IMG/VR virus record: IMGVR_UViG_3300042402_004691
Coordinates: 1-61,670 of that record
Strand: one strand, 5' to 3'
DNA from: a virus
Taxonomy: Duplodnaviria; Caudoviricetes
Length of the DNA: 61,670 nt
A program made the position numbers and the translations under genes. Shown here piece by piece: positions 19,178 to 28,083 of the stretch. Each line of letters starts with the position of its first letter. The first letter of the stretch is position 1. The notes under the pieces were generated by a model. It worked only from the letters and a program-made list of their open reading frames with translations, did not search any database and had not been told where the DNA came from.

Positions 19178-20401
19178 ATGGCACTAATAAACGATCCTAA
19201 TGTAACCGCACAAATTAGAGATTTGGCAAACACCGGAACGATTGATACTACTCAAATTTTATCAATCCTTAATTCAGTGTTACCTGCCGGTCAACAAATT
19301 ACAGTCGGTTCTGCAATAACAACTGGAATTTATAAAAGATTTGGAGATTTCGATAAAATAAATGCAAAAGTTGAAGTAGTAACTACTGGTATATGGAGTG
19401 GTGATGCTGGACAATTAACTCAATTTTTCACATCATCTACACAAACTACATCTACTGATGGACAATTCTATTGGAATGTATTTGATAAAAATCCTCTAAC
19501 CGATGAAACTGCTGAAGTTCAATTTGCAGTAGCATACGGACATAAAGATGGAAGTGGTTCAGTATCACTATCAACTAATCCAGATGCATTGTTACCAACC
19601 AAATCAACATACGCACAATATAGAGCTATGTTATTGGATAATCCATCTCTACCATTTCAGTTTGAAAACTCTACTGGAACATTAACCGATACAAACGGAA
19701 TATATGTAATAAACATTGGAAGAGCGAGATATAGAGAAGAAATGGATGCTGGTAACTGGGAATTGACATTGGCTGGTTCTAATGGAACTTTCCGTTTTAT
19801 CGATGATAGTGGTAAGAAGTTTGGAGATACTTTTGGTAAAGCAGGTAGAGTATTTAAGGTAGTATCTGGTTCATTAAACTTAGGTTCTCAAAGTGAAGCA
19901 ACTGTTGTAAATAGTGCAGCTCCCGGTAACGGATTGGGATACGGATTGTTTTATCCAGACAGAGGTATCGTTGTACTTAACGCAGCAGCTTTTGGTAGTG
20001 TTGTAGGTAATGTGACCTTCTCAACTGGATCTGGACATACTCAAACTGCAACTTTGGCAGGTGGTGAAGGAACTACATTCAATGCTTACAACCAAGCTAG
20101 ATTGTTATCAGCAATTCAAGGTGGTGCGGATTTCGATGCTAGAAGAACTGAAAATGTTTCTACACAACATTTCTTTGTAAGAGCAACCAATAGAGAGTTC
20201 AACTACTCAAACAACCCAACTTATGTAGATGTGAATGGTAATTTTACAGAACCAACATTTGAGACAGACCCAAGAACATTTATTACAACAATTGGTTTAT
20301 ACAATGATAGTAATGAGTTAGTTGCGGTGGCTAAAACATCTCAGCCAGTTGCTAAATCGTTTGATAAAGAAGTATTGGTAAAAGTTAAATTATCTTTCTA
20401 A
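19178..20401 (+). CDS. Baseplate/tail structural protein
   Basis: C-terminal FITTIGLYNDSNELVAVAK motif shared with 20490-21395. Confidence 0.6.
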   Translation: MALINDPNVTAQIRDLANTGTIDTTQILSILNSVLPAGQQITVGSAITTGIYKRFGDFDKINAKVEVVTTGIWSGDAGQLTQFFTSSTQTTSTDGQFYWNVFDKNPLTDETAEVQFAVAYGHKDGSGSVSLSTNPDALLPTKSTYAQYRAMLLDNPSLPFQFENSTGTLTDTNGIYVINIGRARYREEMDAGNWELTLAGSNGTFRFIDDSGKKFGDTFGKAGRVFKVVSGSLNLGSQSEATVVNSAAPGNGLGYGLFYPDRGIVVLNAAAFGSVVGNVTFSTGSGHTQTATLAGGEGTTFNAYNQARLLSAIQGGADFDARRTENVSTQHFFVRATNREFNYSNNPTYVDVNGNFTEPTFETDPRTFITTIGLYNDSNELVAVAKTSQPVAKSFDKEVLVKVKLSF

Positions 20402-20431
20402 TACAAAACTTACAATTAGTTAATTTATATC

Positions 20432-20458
20432 AAATCCCCCTCTGTTGGGGGATTTTTT
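20432..20458 (+). terminator. Intrinsic terminator
   Basis: AAATCCCCC/GGGGGATTT stem plus T-run. Confidence 0.85.
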
Positions 20459-20489
20459 ATTTGATGATATTTATACTAAATAATAACAG

Positions 20490-21395
20490 ATGTTTAAGGA
20501 AATACCAAAAAGTGATATAGTAACCCGTCCGTTTAAGGTATATAAAGAATGGATAATAGATGAGGAGGATACTGATATTAGTATACTATATGGAGTTTCA
20601 TCTTCATTTGGTGCATTTGATCCAGATACCGATGATTTGAGTGGTGTTATATATCGTTCTATTCAAGCACAATTTTATAGAGACTCAACAAATGCATCTA
20701 TTCTCACCGAAGTGGGTAAACGAAAGTCATACGCATCTAATGATGAGAGAAATTTAGAAAGTGAATTTGGACTTATATCTATACCACAACATAAGTACGG
20801 AGAGGGTATTAAAGTGGGTACTGTTAAGTTTACTGATAATAATAATGATAAGGTGTACCTTGATGATGGATACTCTAATTTGGTAAGTGGAAGTACTATA
20901 TGTGGAAACATAATGTACGATAGAGGTTTTGTGATATTAACAAAAGATACTCCATCAGGATCATTAACCGATTTTAGAATAGAATATAATTCTACACAGA
21001 CTATATATGAAAATGAAATATTCATTCCTGTTTTAGAAAATGAATTTAATGTTTCACAAAATCCAACATCGTTAGTTAATGTTGATTATGATAGTGGTAG
21101 TATAATAATAAAAAACCAAAATCCAGAGCGTTCACGACCAGGAGGGATTGCAACTACTATAAATTCATATACTCAATCATATACAAACTTACGTTCTGCA
21201 AGAATAAATCCTTTGTTTAATCATTATGATGTTTCAGCATCTTTAGATCCAACAGGTTCTTATTTAGCTCCGTTTATTACAACAATCGGTTTATACGATA
21301 ATGAATTGAATATGGTAGCGGTGGCTAAATTAGCTAGACCTATGAAATCACTTCCAGATTATCCATTAAATTTTATAATTCGATTTGATACTTAA
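20490..21395 (+). CDS. Baseplate/tail structural protein, paralogue of 19178-20401
   Basis: EFNVSQNPT and FITTIGLYDNELNMVAVAKL match EFNYSNNPT and FITTIGLYNDSNELVAVAK. Confidence 0.65.
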   Translation: MFKEIPKSDIVTRPFKVYKEWIIDEEDTDISILYGVSSSFGAFDPDTDDLSGVIYRSIQAQFYRDSTNASILTEVGKRKSYASNDERNLESEFGLISIPQHKYGEGIKVGTVKFTDNNNDKVYLDDGYSNLVSGSTICGNIMYDRGFVILTKDTPSGSLTDFRIEYNSTQTIYENEIFIPVLENEFNVSQNPTSLVNVDYDSGSIIIKNQNPERSRPGGIATTINSYTQSYTNLRSARINPLFNHYDVSASLDPTGSYLAPFITTIGLYDNELNMVAVAKLARPMKSLPDYPLNFIIRFDT

Positions 21396-21423
21396 TTTGA
21401 TATTTATATAAAAGAAAACTAAT

Positions 21424-22032
21424 ATGAAACTTATATCTATATTATCTGAGGATCTTGGAAAGTGGTTTGGTAGTGGAAAGACCGGTGGTTGGGATAGATA
21501 CAATACCAAAGGAGAGAAAGTTGGAAAATGTGGAGATGCTGAAGAAGGGGAACCTTATGTGGCGTGTTTATCTAATGAAAAAGCTGCTAAGTTAGGACCT
21601 AAAGGAAGGGCTTCATTTGTAAGAAGAAAGAGAGAAGCTCAGAAGAAATCAGGTGATGCTAAAAAAGGTGGAGAGCAATCTAAAGGTCAAAAGCCTGTTC
21701 TTGTAAAAACTGGTGCAAGTGAAAATGTAAAAGAAGATTGGAGTCAAAAATATAAAAACTCTATTGATTGTAGTAACCCAAAAGGATTTTCACAAAGAGC
21801 ACATTGTGATGGAAAACAAAAGAATGAAAGTATGAAATTAACATTAGAACAAAAACTAAACCTATTTTTGGAAAAGAATGTTCCAAACGATCCTGAAAAA
21901 TGGTCTTATGCTACATCACAAGCAAAAGAAAAATTTGATATTTACCCATCTGCTTATGCAAATGCTTGGGCAGCAAAAAAATACAAAGAGTTAGGTGGAA
22001 CTTGGAAAACGGAAGAAGGTTACAAAAAATAA
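21424..22032 (+). CDS. Modular basic protein, putative head-packaged polyprotein
   Basis: MKLISILSE leader; three small modules separated by xxE sites. Confidence 0.6.
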   Translation: MKLISILSEDLGKWFGSGKTGGWDRYNTKGEKVGKCGDAEEGEPYVACLSNEKAAKLGPKGRASFVRRKREAQKKSGDAKKGGEQSKGQKPVLVKTGASENVKEDWSQKYKNSIDCSNPKGFSQRAHCDGKQKNESMKLTLEQKLNLFLEKNVPNDPEKWSYATSQAKEKFDIYPSAYANAWAAKKYKELGGTWKTEEGYKK

Positions 22033-22059
22033 TTAACAGATAAATTAAATAAAAAAAAT

Positions 22060-22272
22060 ATGAGCATATTAAGTTTGTACGAAAAAGAAAAACCTATTAC
22101 CGCTAAAGCGGATACAAAAGGTGGAGATAAAACACTTATTGAAGGTGATGGTGGTTTAGACCTATCAAAGGATGAAAAGGCATTAAAGCAGGCAAGAGGT
22201 GGTGAAATAGGAAAGGGAACTCCTAGAGGATACAATCCAAAGTTCAACTATAGTTCCATCCAAAGAGATTAA
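22060..22272 (+). CDS. Hypothetical small protein
   Basis: 70-aa ORF with A-rich upstream context. Confidence 0.65.
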   Translation: MSILSLYEKEKPITAKADTKGGDKTLIEGDGGLDLSKDEKALKQARGGEIGKGTPRGYNPKFNYSSIQRD

Positions 22273-22278
22273 TACTGA

Positions 22279-22737
22279 ATGAATTGGTTACAAAATGGTG
22301 CTGAAGTTACAGAAGATATAATACCAGATGAAGCGATTGGGTTTATCTATATGATAACCCACGTCCCATCTGGAAAATACTATATTGGTAAAAAATCACT
22401 AGAAAGTGTTCGTACTGTTAAAATTGGAAAGAGAGAACTCCAAAAAATAAAAGAGGAACGAAAAGCAGTTGGAATGGGTGGAAGGGCTCCTCTTAAAAAG
22501 AAAGTTCGTAAAGCATCTGATTGGGAAAAATACTATTCATCAAACGAATGGATAAACGAACAAGTTAAAGAAGGTAAAGAGGGCGAATTCAAACGAGAAA
22601 TAATTCAGTTCTGTAATTCCAAAAAATCACTATCTTATTACGAAGTATATTGGATGTTTAAGTACGATGTGCTTTTAGATGATAACTGCTTAAACGGAAA
22701 CATTAGTGGAAAATTTTATCGAAAAGACTTGGTATAA
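22279..22737 (+). CDS. GIY-YIG family nuclease
   Basis: GFIYMITHVPSGKYYIGKK...YYSS...FKREII...E...N motifs. Confidence 0.8.
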   Translation: MNWLQNGAEVTEDIIPDEAIGFIYMITHVPSGKYYIGKKSLESVRTVKIGKRELQKIKEERKAVGMGGRAPLKKKVRKASDWEKYYSSNEWINEQVKEGKEGEFKREIIQFCNSKKSLSYYEVYWMFKYDVLLDDNCLNGNISGKFYRKDLV

Positions 22738-22759
22738 TGTAAAATATTTCGTATATTTG
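22729..22759 (+). promoter_or_regulatory. Bacteroidota housekeeping-sigma promoter (-33/-7)
   Basis: TTGG(22729) N19 TATATTTG(22752-22759), fits TAnnTTTG. Confidence 0.75.
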
Positions 22760-22788
22760 TTTTAAACAAATCTTATAATAGAAAAAAT

Positions 22789-22989
22789 ATGAACTTACAA
22801 CAAATAGGACAGAAGTACAAAGTATCTGACAATTTTTTAAACTCAAAGGATGATGCGTTATCTATAGCAGCTACATCTATTGATGATTTGATATTCAAAC
22901 TGCAGTATAACATTCCAAAAGAGGAGCTTATAAAAAATCTAAAAACTTTATCCTCTTTTTTAAGAGATGTGAAAAAATCTACTTTTTAA
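22789..22989 (+). CDS. Hypothetical small protein
   Basis: 66-aa ORF with its own host-type promoter. Confidence 0.7.
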   Translation: MNLQQIGQKYKVSDNFLNSKDDALSIAATSIDDLIFKLQYNIPKEELIKNLKTLSSFLRDVKKSTF

Positions 22990-23021
22990 TTTGGAATAAC
23001 AAATAATTTTTATTATATTTG
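22990..23021 (+). promoter_or_regulatory. Bacteroidota housekeeping-sigma promoter for primase-SbcDC
   Basis: TTTGG(22990) ... TATATTTG(23014-23021). Confidence 0.8.
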
Positions 23022-23040
23022 TGAATACCAAATTATACCT

Positions 23041-23976
23041 ATGATAAGCGGAAAGAAAAAACTAACCGTAATTACAATACTAAATTCTGCATTAGGAACT
23101 GGTTCATCCTTAAAGGGAAATGAGCAAGCACATCATTGTCCATTTTGTAATCATCATAAAAAGAAACTTCAAATCAACTTAGATACTCAACGATGGCATT
23201 GTTGGGTATGTGACTCAAAGGGTAGAAGTATTCACTCTCTATTACATAAACTCAGTATAGATGTAAAGGACCTTAATAAGATTAGGGAAATCTATGGAGA
23301 TGAACCCGAATATGATGCAAAGGAAGAGTATGTAGCTAAATTACAGTTACCGAAAGAGTTCAAACAACTCTACATTAAACCAAAGGGTATCAATCCTTCA
23401 TATAATCAAGCTCTTCACTATCTAACCAAAAGAGGCATCAAACATGCCGATATAGTAAAGCATAACATTGGGTATTGTGACGATGGCTTATATGGGGGTA
23501 GAGTTATAATACCTTCATACGATGGGAATGGAGAACTGAATTATTTTGTAGCCCGTTCCTTTTATGAAGATGAGCCATACAAATATAAAAATCCACCAAT
23601 CAGTAGAGATGTAATTGTATTTGAGAACCAAATCAATTGGAATGAACCTATTACTTTAGTAGAAGGGGTATTTGACTCGTTCTCTGTAAAACGAAATGTA
23701 ATTCCAATGTTAGGAAAGTTTTTACTTCCAAAACTTAAAAATAAAATAAGGGAAATGGGAGTAAGTGAAATAACAATGTTACTAGATCCAGATGCAATTA
23801 CAGAAAGTATAAACCACAGTCAATATTTTATAAAAAACGGAATACGGGTTAAAAATGTAATGCTCCAAAATACAGATGCTGGTGATTTGGGATTTGAAAA
23901 AACAAATTCTATTATTAAAGAAAGTAAACAAACCCATTGGGATGATTTAATCCTTATGAAAATACAAAATATATGA
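23041..23976 (+). CDS. DNA primase (Zn finger plus TOPRIM)
   Basis: CPFC..H...WHCWVC zinc ribbon; RVIIP, KYKNP, VEGVFD, LDPD, DAGD motifs. Confidence 0.9.
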   Translation: MISGKKKLTVITILNSALGTGSSLKGNEQAHHCPFCNHHKKKLQINLDTQRWHCWVCDSKGRSIHSLLHKLSIDVKDLNKIREIYGDEPEYDAKEEYVAKLQLPKEFKQLYIKPKGINPSYNQALHYLTKRGIKHADIVKHNIGYCDDGLYGGRVIIPSYDGNGELNYFVARSFYEDEPYKYKNPPISRDVIVFENQINWNEPITLVEGVFDSFSVKRNVIPMLGKFLLPKLKNKIREMGVSEITMLLDPDAITESINHSQYFIKNGIRVKNVMLQNTDAGDLGFEKTNSIIKESKQTHWDDLILMKIQNI

Positions 23977-26900
23977 GTGAAACTAAAATAACACACATTT
24001 ATCATCTTGCTGATTTACACATAAGAAACTTAAAAAGACATAGTGAATACAGATTAGTATTTCAAAGTTTTTTAGATAAGGTTAGACAAGATGGTATCCA
24101 AACCTCAATCATTTATTTAGCGGGAGATATTGCCCATGCTAAAACTGAAATGAGTCCGGAATTGGTAAGAGAGATAAGTTGGTTCCTTGCAGAATGTGCT
24201 TCGTTAAGAGAAACCATACTTATAACTGGAAATCACGATTGTAACTTAAATAACAATAACAGATTAGATGTTTTAACCCCAATAATTGAAAACTTAAATA
24301 ATGAGCGAATTCACTATCTTAGAGATACTGGCACTTATGTTATCCACAATCTTACCTTTGTTGTATATTCCATATTGGATAAAAGGGAAAATTGGACAAA
24401 AGGAAACCTGGTAAATGGAGAAAACAAAATCTGTCTTTTCCACGGTCCTGTAAATAAATCACAAACTGATATTGGATATGTAGTATCATCTAATTCATTC
24501 ACTACAGAAATGTTTGATGGATTTGATATGGTGATGATGGGTGATATTCACAAAAGACAAGTATTGCAGGAGTATGACCCTATAAACCAAAAACCAATAG
24601 TAGTTTATGCGGGTTCTATGATACAACAGAACCACGGTGAAATGTTGGAAGGACATGGTTACCTACTATGGGATGTTGAAAGTAGAACATTTGAAGAGTT
24701 TGATTTACATAATGATTATGGATACCTCACAGTTGATATAGATAAGGGTAAGGTTCCTACATGGGTGTATGATGAAATAAATACCAAACTTCCAAAATAT
24801 CCAAGACTTAGATTGAGATTTAACGAAACGGATGCTACAACTACTAAAGAATGCATCACAGAGTTTAATCGCCTATTTAAGAATAGTGAAATAACTGTGA
24901 GTAGATTGGATGCTATGAGTAGGTTACGCTCTAATCATGGTTTGAATAAAAACATAGTTGGTAATACTAAAGATGAGACATTCCAAAATCAACTAATTAG
25001 AGATTACTTAGATAGGAGATATCTTTTAGATGAGGATATTTTAGATGAAATCGTAGAGCTAAACAAATTGACCTCACAGAAAGTTGATAAAAGTGAAGAG
25101 GTTGAAAATATATTATGGATACCTAAAAAGTTAGAGTATTCAAATATGTTTTCCTATGGAGATGGCAATTGTGTAAAGTTTGATAACGCTAAAGGTATTG
25201 TTGGTATTTTTGCACCAAATGCAAGTGGTAAATCCTCTCTATTTGATATTCTTTCGTTTTGTATCTTTGATAGAACGTCTCGAACAAATTCGGCTAAAAA
25301 TATAATGAATAATCAAAAAGATACTTTTCATTGTAAGTTTGAATTTGAGATTGATGGTATTCCGTATTTTGTAGAACGAATTGGAAAAGCAAACAAACAA
25401 CAAACGGCAGTTAAAGTAGATGTTAATTTTTGGAGAGAAGTTGATGGTATAACCGAGTCACTAAACGGTGAGCAACGAAGGGATACCAATCGAATGATTG
25501 AAAAGTATTTAGGTAAGTTTGATGATTTTATCCTAACCACATTATCTTTACAGGGAAATAATGCTCTATTCATTGATAAATCACAGAGTGAGCGGAAGGA
25601 AGTTCTATCCCAATTATTGGGAGTGGATATTTTTGATAAACTATATCAAATTGCAGCAGAGGATAACAAAGAAACTGCAACCCTAATTAAAAAGTTTAAG
25701 CAAGATGATTTCCCCCAAAAGTTATCGGTAATTGAAAGTGATTTGGATGTATATGGGAAAAAGTTAAAAACTCTAAACGAAGAGTTAGGAAACTATACAA
25801 CTCAAAAGGAAACTATAAATGAGGAAGTAATTCAACTGAAATCAAATATTGCAGATACTGGAAGTTTTGAGTATGATATAAAGGAGTTGGAAACTTCATC
25901 TGTAAAGCATACTAACACACTCACAACCATAGATAGTGAAAGGGAAGAGTTGGATGATAGATACGATAAGTTATTGAAATTGGAAGTAACTTTGACAAAT
26001 CTTATGGATGAATATAATGTAGTGGAAATAAAGGAATACATAAGTGAGTTAAATAAAACTACAGATAAAATTAAGGATACCAAAAACACAATAGATAAAT
26101 TAGGTATAAAGAAAAGTTCATTAGATGATAAATTACAACATTTAGAGTCACATAAGTATAATCCACAATGTGATGTGTGTATCGAAAACTCTAAATCTAT
26201 AATAACTTCAAAGGAAGATGTTGAAATTCAGTTACAAACCTTAAACGATGAATTGGTGCAATCTAATGTATTGTTATTGGAATTGGAAGGTAGTAAAAAT
26301 AATCTTACACAATATACCAAACTATTAGAAGAGTATTCTACTTTAGAAGTTAAACATAACAAAGTTGATAAAGATATCTACAATGTAAAATCTCAAATAT
26401 CTTCTTTGGAGACTAAACATCTAACTACCACTTCTAGTTTAGAAAAGGCAACATTGTTAATTGAGGAATACTATAAAAACGAAGAGCAGATAAAAATAAA
26501 CCAGTCAATTAAAGCCGAACTAAAGATTGCCGAAAAGGGATTGAAGGATATAGTTTCCACTATTGATACAAAAAATAAAGAACTGATGGAAGTGTTTAAG
26601 AAACAAACTACATTGGAGTCTCAAAAGGAAACCATAGAGGAACGGATTGATGAGGTTAAGGAATTGGAAGATAAGAATAAACTATATGAGTATTATCTTA
26701 ATTCGTTAGGAAAAGATGGGGTATCGTTAGAACTAATCGAAAAGGCAATTCCAATGCTTGAAGGTGAAATAAATAACATCCTTTCTCAAATAGTTGAGTT
26801 TGGAATGGAGTTGGAATTGGAAGGTAAGAACATAAATGCAAATTTGGTATACGGAGACCAAAAGTGGAGTTTAGAACTATGTAGTGGAATGGAAAGATTT

Positions 26901-27152
26901 ATATCAGGTCTTGCAATTCGTATCGCTTTAATAAATGTATCAAATCTACCTAGACCAAATTTCTTAGTAATCGATGAAGGATTTGGGACATTGGATAATG
27001 AAAATCTCACATCTCTGTATATGTTATTCGCTTATCTTAAAACTCAATTTGATTTCGTAATGATTATATCCCATATAGACTCGATGCGAGATGTAGTGGA
27101 TATGCTTATGGAGATTAAAAAAGAAAACGGATTTAGTAAAGTTAAATTTTAG
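23973..27152 (+). CDS. Fused SbcD/Mre11 nuclease and SbcC/Rad50 ATPase (T4 gp47-gp46-like)
   Basis: ADLH, AGD, GNHD, FHG, GDIH phosphoesterase motifs; Walker A APNASGKSS, coiled coils, CDVC hook, CSGME signature, IDEGFG Walker B, ISH. Confidence 0.92.
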   Translation: MSETKITHIYHLADLHIRNLKRHSEYRLVFQSFLDKVRQDGIQTSIIYLAGDIAHAKTEMSPELVREISWFLAECASLRETILITGNHDCNLNNNNRLDVLTPIIENLNNERIHYLRDTGTYVIHNLTFVVYSILDKRENWTKGNLVNGENKICLFHGPVNKSQTDIGYVVSSNSFTTEMFDGFDMVMMGDIHKRQVLQEYDPINQKPIVVYAGSMIQQNHGEMLEGHGYLLWDVESRTFEEFDLHNDYGYLTVDIDKGKVPTWVYDEINTKLPKYPRLRLRFNETDATTTKECITEFNRLFKNSEITVSRLDAMSRLRSNHGLNKNIVGNTKDETFQNQLIRDYLDRRYLLDEDILDEIVELNKLTSQKVDKSEEVENILWIPKKLEYSNMFSYGDGNCVKFDNAKGIVGIFAPNASGKSSLFDILSFCIFDRTSRTNSAKNIMNNQKDTFHCKFEFEIDGIPYFVERIGKANKQQTAVKVDVNFWREVDGITESLNGEQRRDTNRMIEKYLGKFDDFILTTLSLQGNNALFIDKSQSERKEVLSQLLGVDIFDKLYQIAAEDNKETATLIKKFKQDDFPQKLSVIESDLDVYGKKLKTLNEELGNYTTQKETINEEVIQLKSNIADTGSFEYDIKELETSSVKHTNTLTTIDSEREELDDRYDKLLKLEVTLTNLMDEYNVVEIKEYISELNKTTDKIKDTKNTIDKLGIKKSSLDDKLQHLESHKYNPQCDVCIENSKSIITSKEDVEIQLQTLNDELVQSNVLLLELEGSKNNLTQYTKLLEEYSTLEVKHNKVDKDIYNVKSQISSLETKHLTTTSSLEKATLLIEEYYKNEEQIKINQSIKAELKIAEKGLKDIVSTIDTKNKELMEVFKKQTTLESQKETIEERIDEVKELEDKNKLYEYYLNSLGKDGVSLELIEKAIPMLEGEINNILSQIVEFGMELELEGKNINANLVYGDQKWSLELCSGMERFISGLAIRIALINVSNLPRPNFLVIDEGFGTLDNENLTSLYMLFAYLKTQFDFVMIISHIDSMRDVVDMLMEIKKENGFSKVKF

Positions 27153-27312
27153 CAGATAGTATTTTTTTTGGTAGAGGGTTTTTGGAAGTTTCTATTTTAT
27201 CTTTTATTAAACTCTCTACCAATCCACTTATTTTGTAACCCCTTTGATTGCAAAATTCTTTTAGAGATGAGTGTAACTCGGCATCAATTTGTATCATTGA
27301 ATATTTTTTCAT
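27142..27312 (-). CDS. Small ribbon-helix-helix-type DNA-binding protein
   Basis: MIQIDAELHSSLKEFCNQRGYKISGLVESLIKD pattern; ATG at 27312 avoids overlap with the upstream gene. Confidence 0.65.
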   Translation of the reverse strand: MKKYSMIQIDAELHSSLKEFCNQRGYKISGLVESLIKDKIETSKNPLPKKILSAKI

Positions 27313-27323
27313 AAATTTTTTAT

Positions 27324-27995
27324 TTAAGGGTTCATGCAATAATCTATTTCATTTACCAACACCCCTCTTAATTTTAGAGGTATGGTAGTTCTCATTAATC
27401 CAAACTTTAATCCATCTAAATGATATTTTAGCAATCTTTCAGGATGAATGAGCTCACCCTCTGTAATATAATCTACTAATTTATTAAAAAGAGAACTATA
27501 ATAATTCATAGTATCACTTTTTCCATACGCAAATAAATCATTATATCCACCTCTGTGATCTGATCCAATGGGTATGAATATACTATTATTTATATTTTTT
27601 AATTTTACTGGATTTAATATATGTGTATCAAATCTACACCTAACAACTAAATCATACTGAAATGAATTATCATTTTCGTATTTTATTTTTAATTCATTTG
27701 CTTTCATTATTCCGTACCACATATAAAATATTGATGTAGTGTTACTTTCTTCAGCTTTAGGAAAATCCTTTACACTATTTACAAATTCATTTATTTTATC
27801 CGGATACTTTTCAAATTCTATGTGTATTGGATTATATAAATCAATCAAATCTTTTTCCTTTATATCTAACTCACCATTATGTGTGTAACATATGAATACA
27901 TCTGCGTTATACAAATCTATTAAATTTTTTTTAATTGTTTCATATTGTTCATAACTATTCCTAAATTGACCAGATAATAACACCGCAATCTTCAT
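27324..27995 (-). CDS. Putative glycosyltransferase-like protein
   Basis: MKIAVLLSGQFR, YDLVVRCRFD, NDLFAYG, HPE motifs typical of viral GT-A-like proteins. Confidence 0.55.
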   Translation of the reverse strand: MKIAVLLSGQFRNSYEQYETIKKNLIDLYNADVFICYTHNGELDIKEKDLIDLYNPIHIEFEKYPDKINEFVNSVKDFPKAEESNTTSIFYMWYGIMKANELKIKYENDNSFQYDLVVRCRFDTHILNPVKLKNINNSIFIPIGSDHRGGYNDLFAYGKSDTMNYYSSLFNKLVDYITEGELIHPERLLKYHLDGLKFGLMRTTIPLKLRGVLVNEIDYCMNP

Positions 27996-28024
27996 AAAGT
28001 TTTATATTTCTTTAGTATTCTAAA

Positions 28025-28061
28025 ATAAATATCAAAGAAATTATTTTTTAATTATATTTAT
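28025..28061. promoter_or_regulatory. Divergent pair of ATATTTAT motifs
   Basis: ATAAATAT at 28025-28032 (minus-strand copy facing the 27995 start) and ATATTTAT at 28054-28061 facing 28084. Confidence 0.7.
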
Positions 28062-28083
28062 AGTCAAATTGTAATTTTTACAT

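Noticed and set aside
22279-22737. GIY-YIG gene as a mobile homing endonuclease
   Set aside because: Only the catalytic domain is present, with no C-terminal DNA-binding repeats or intron context; kept as a plain nuclease
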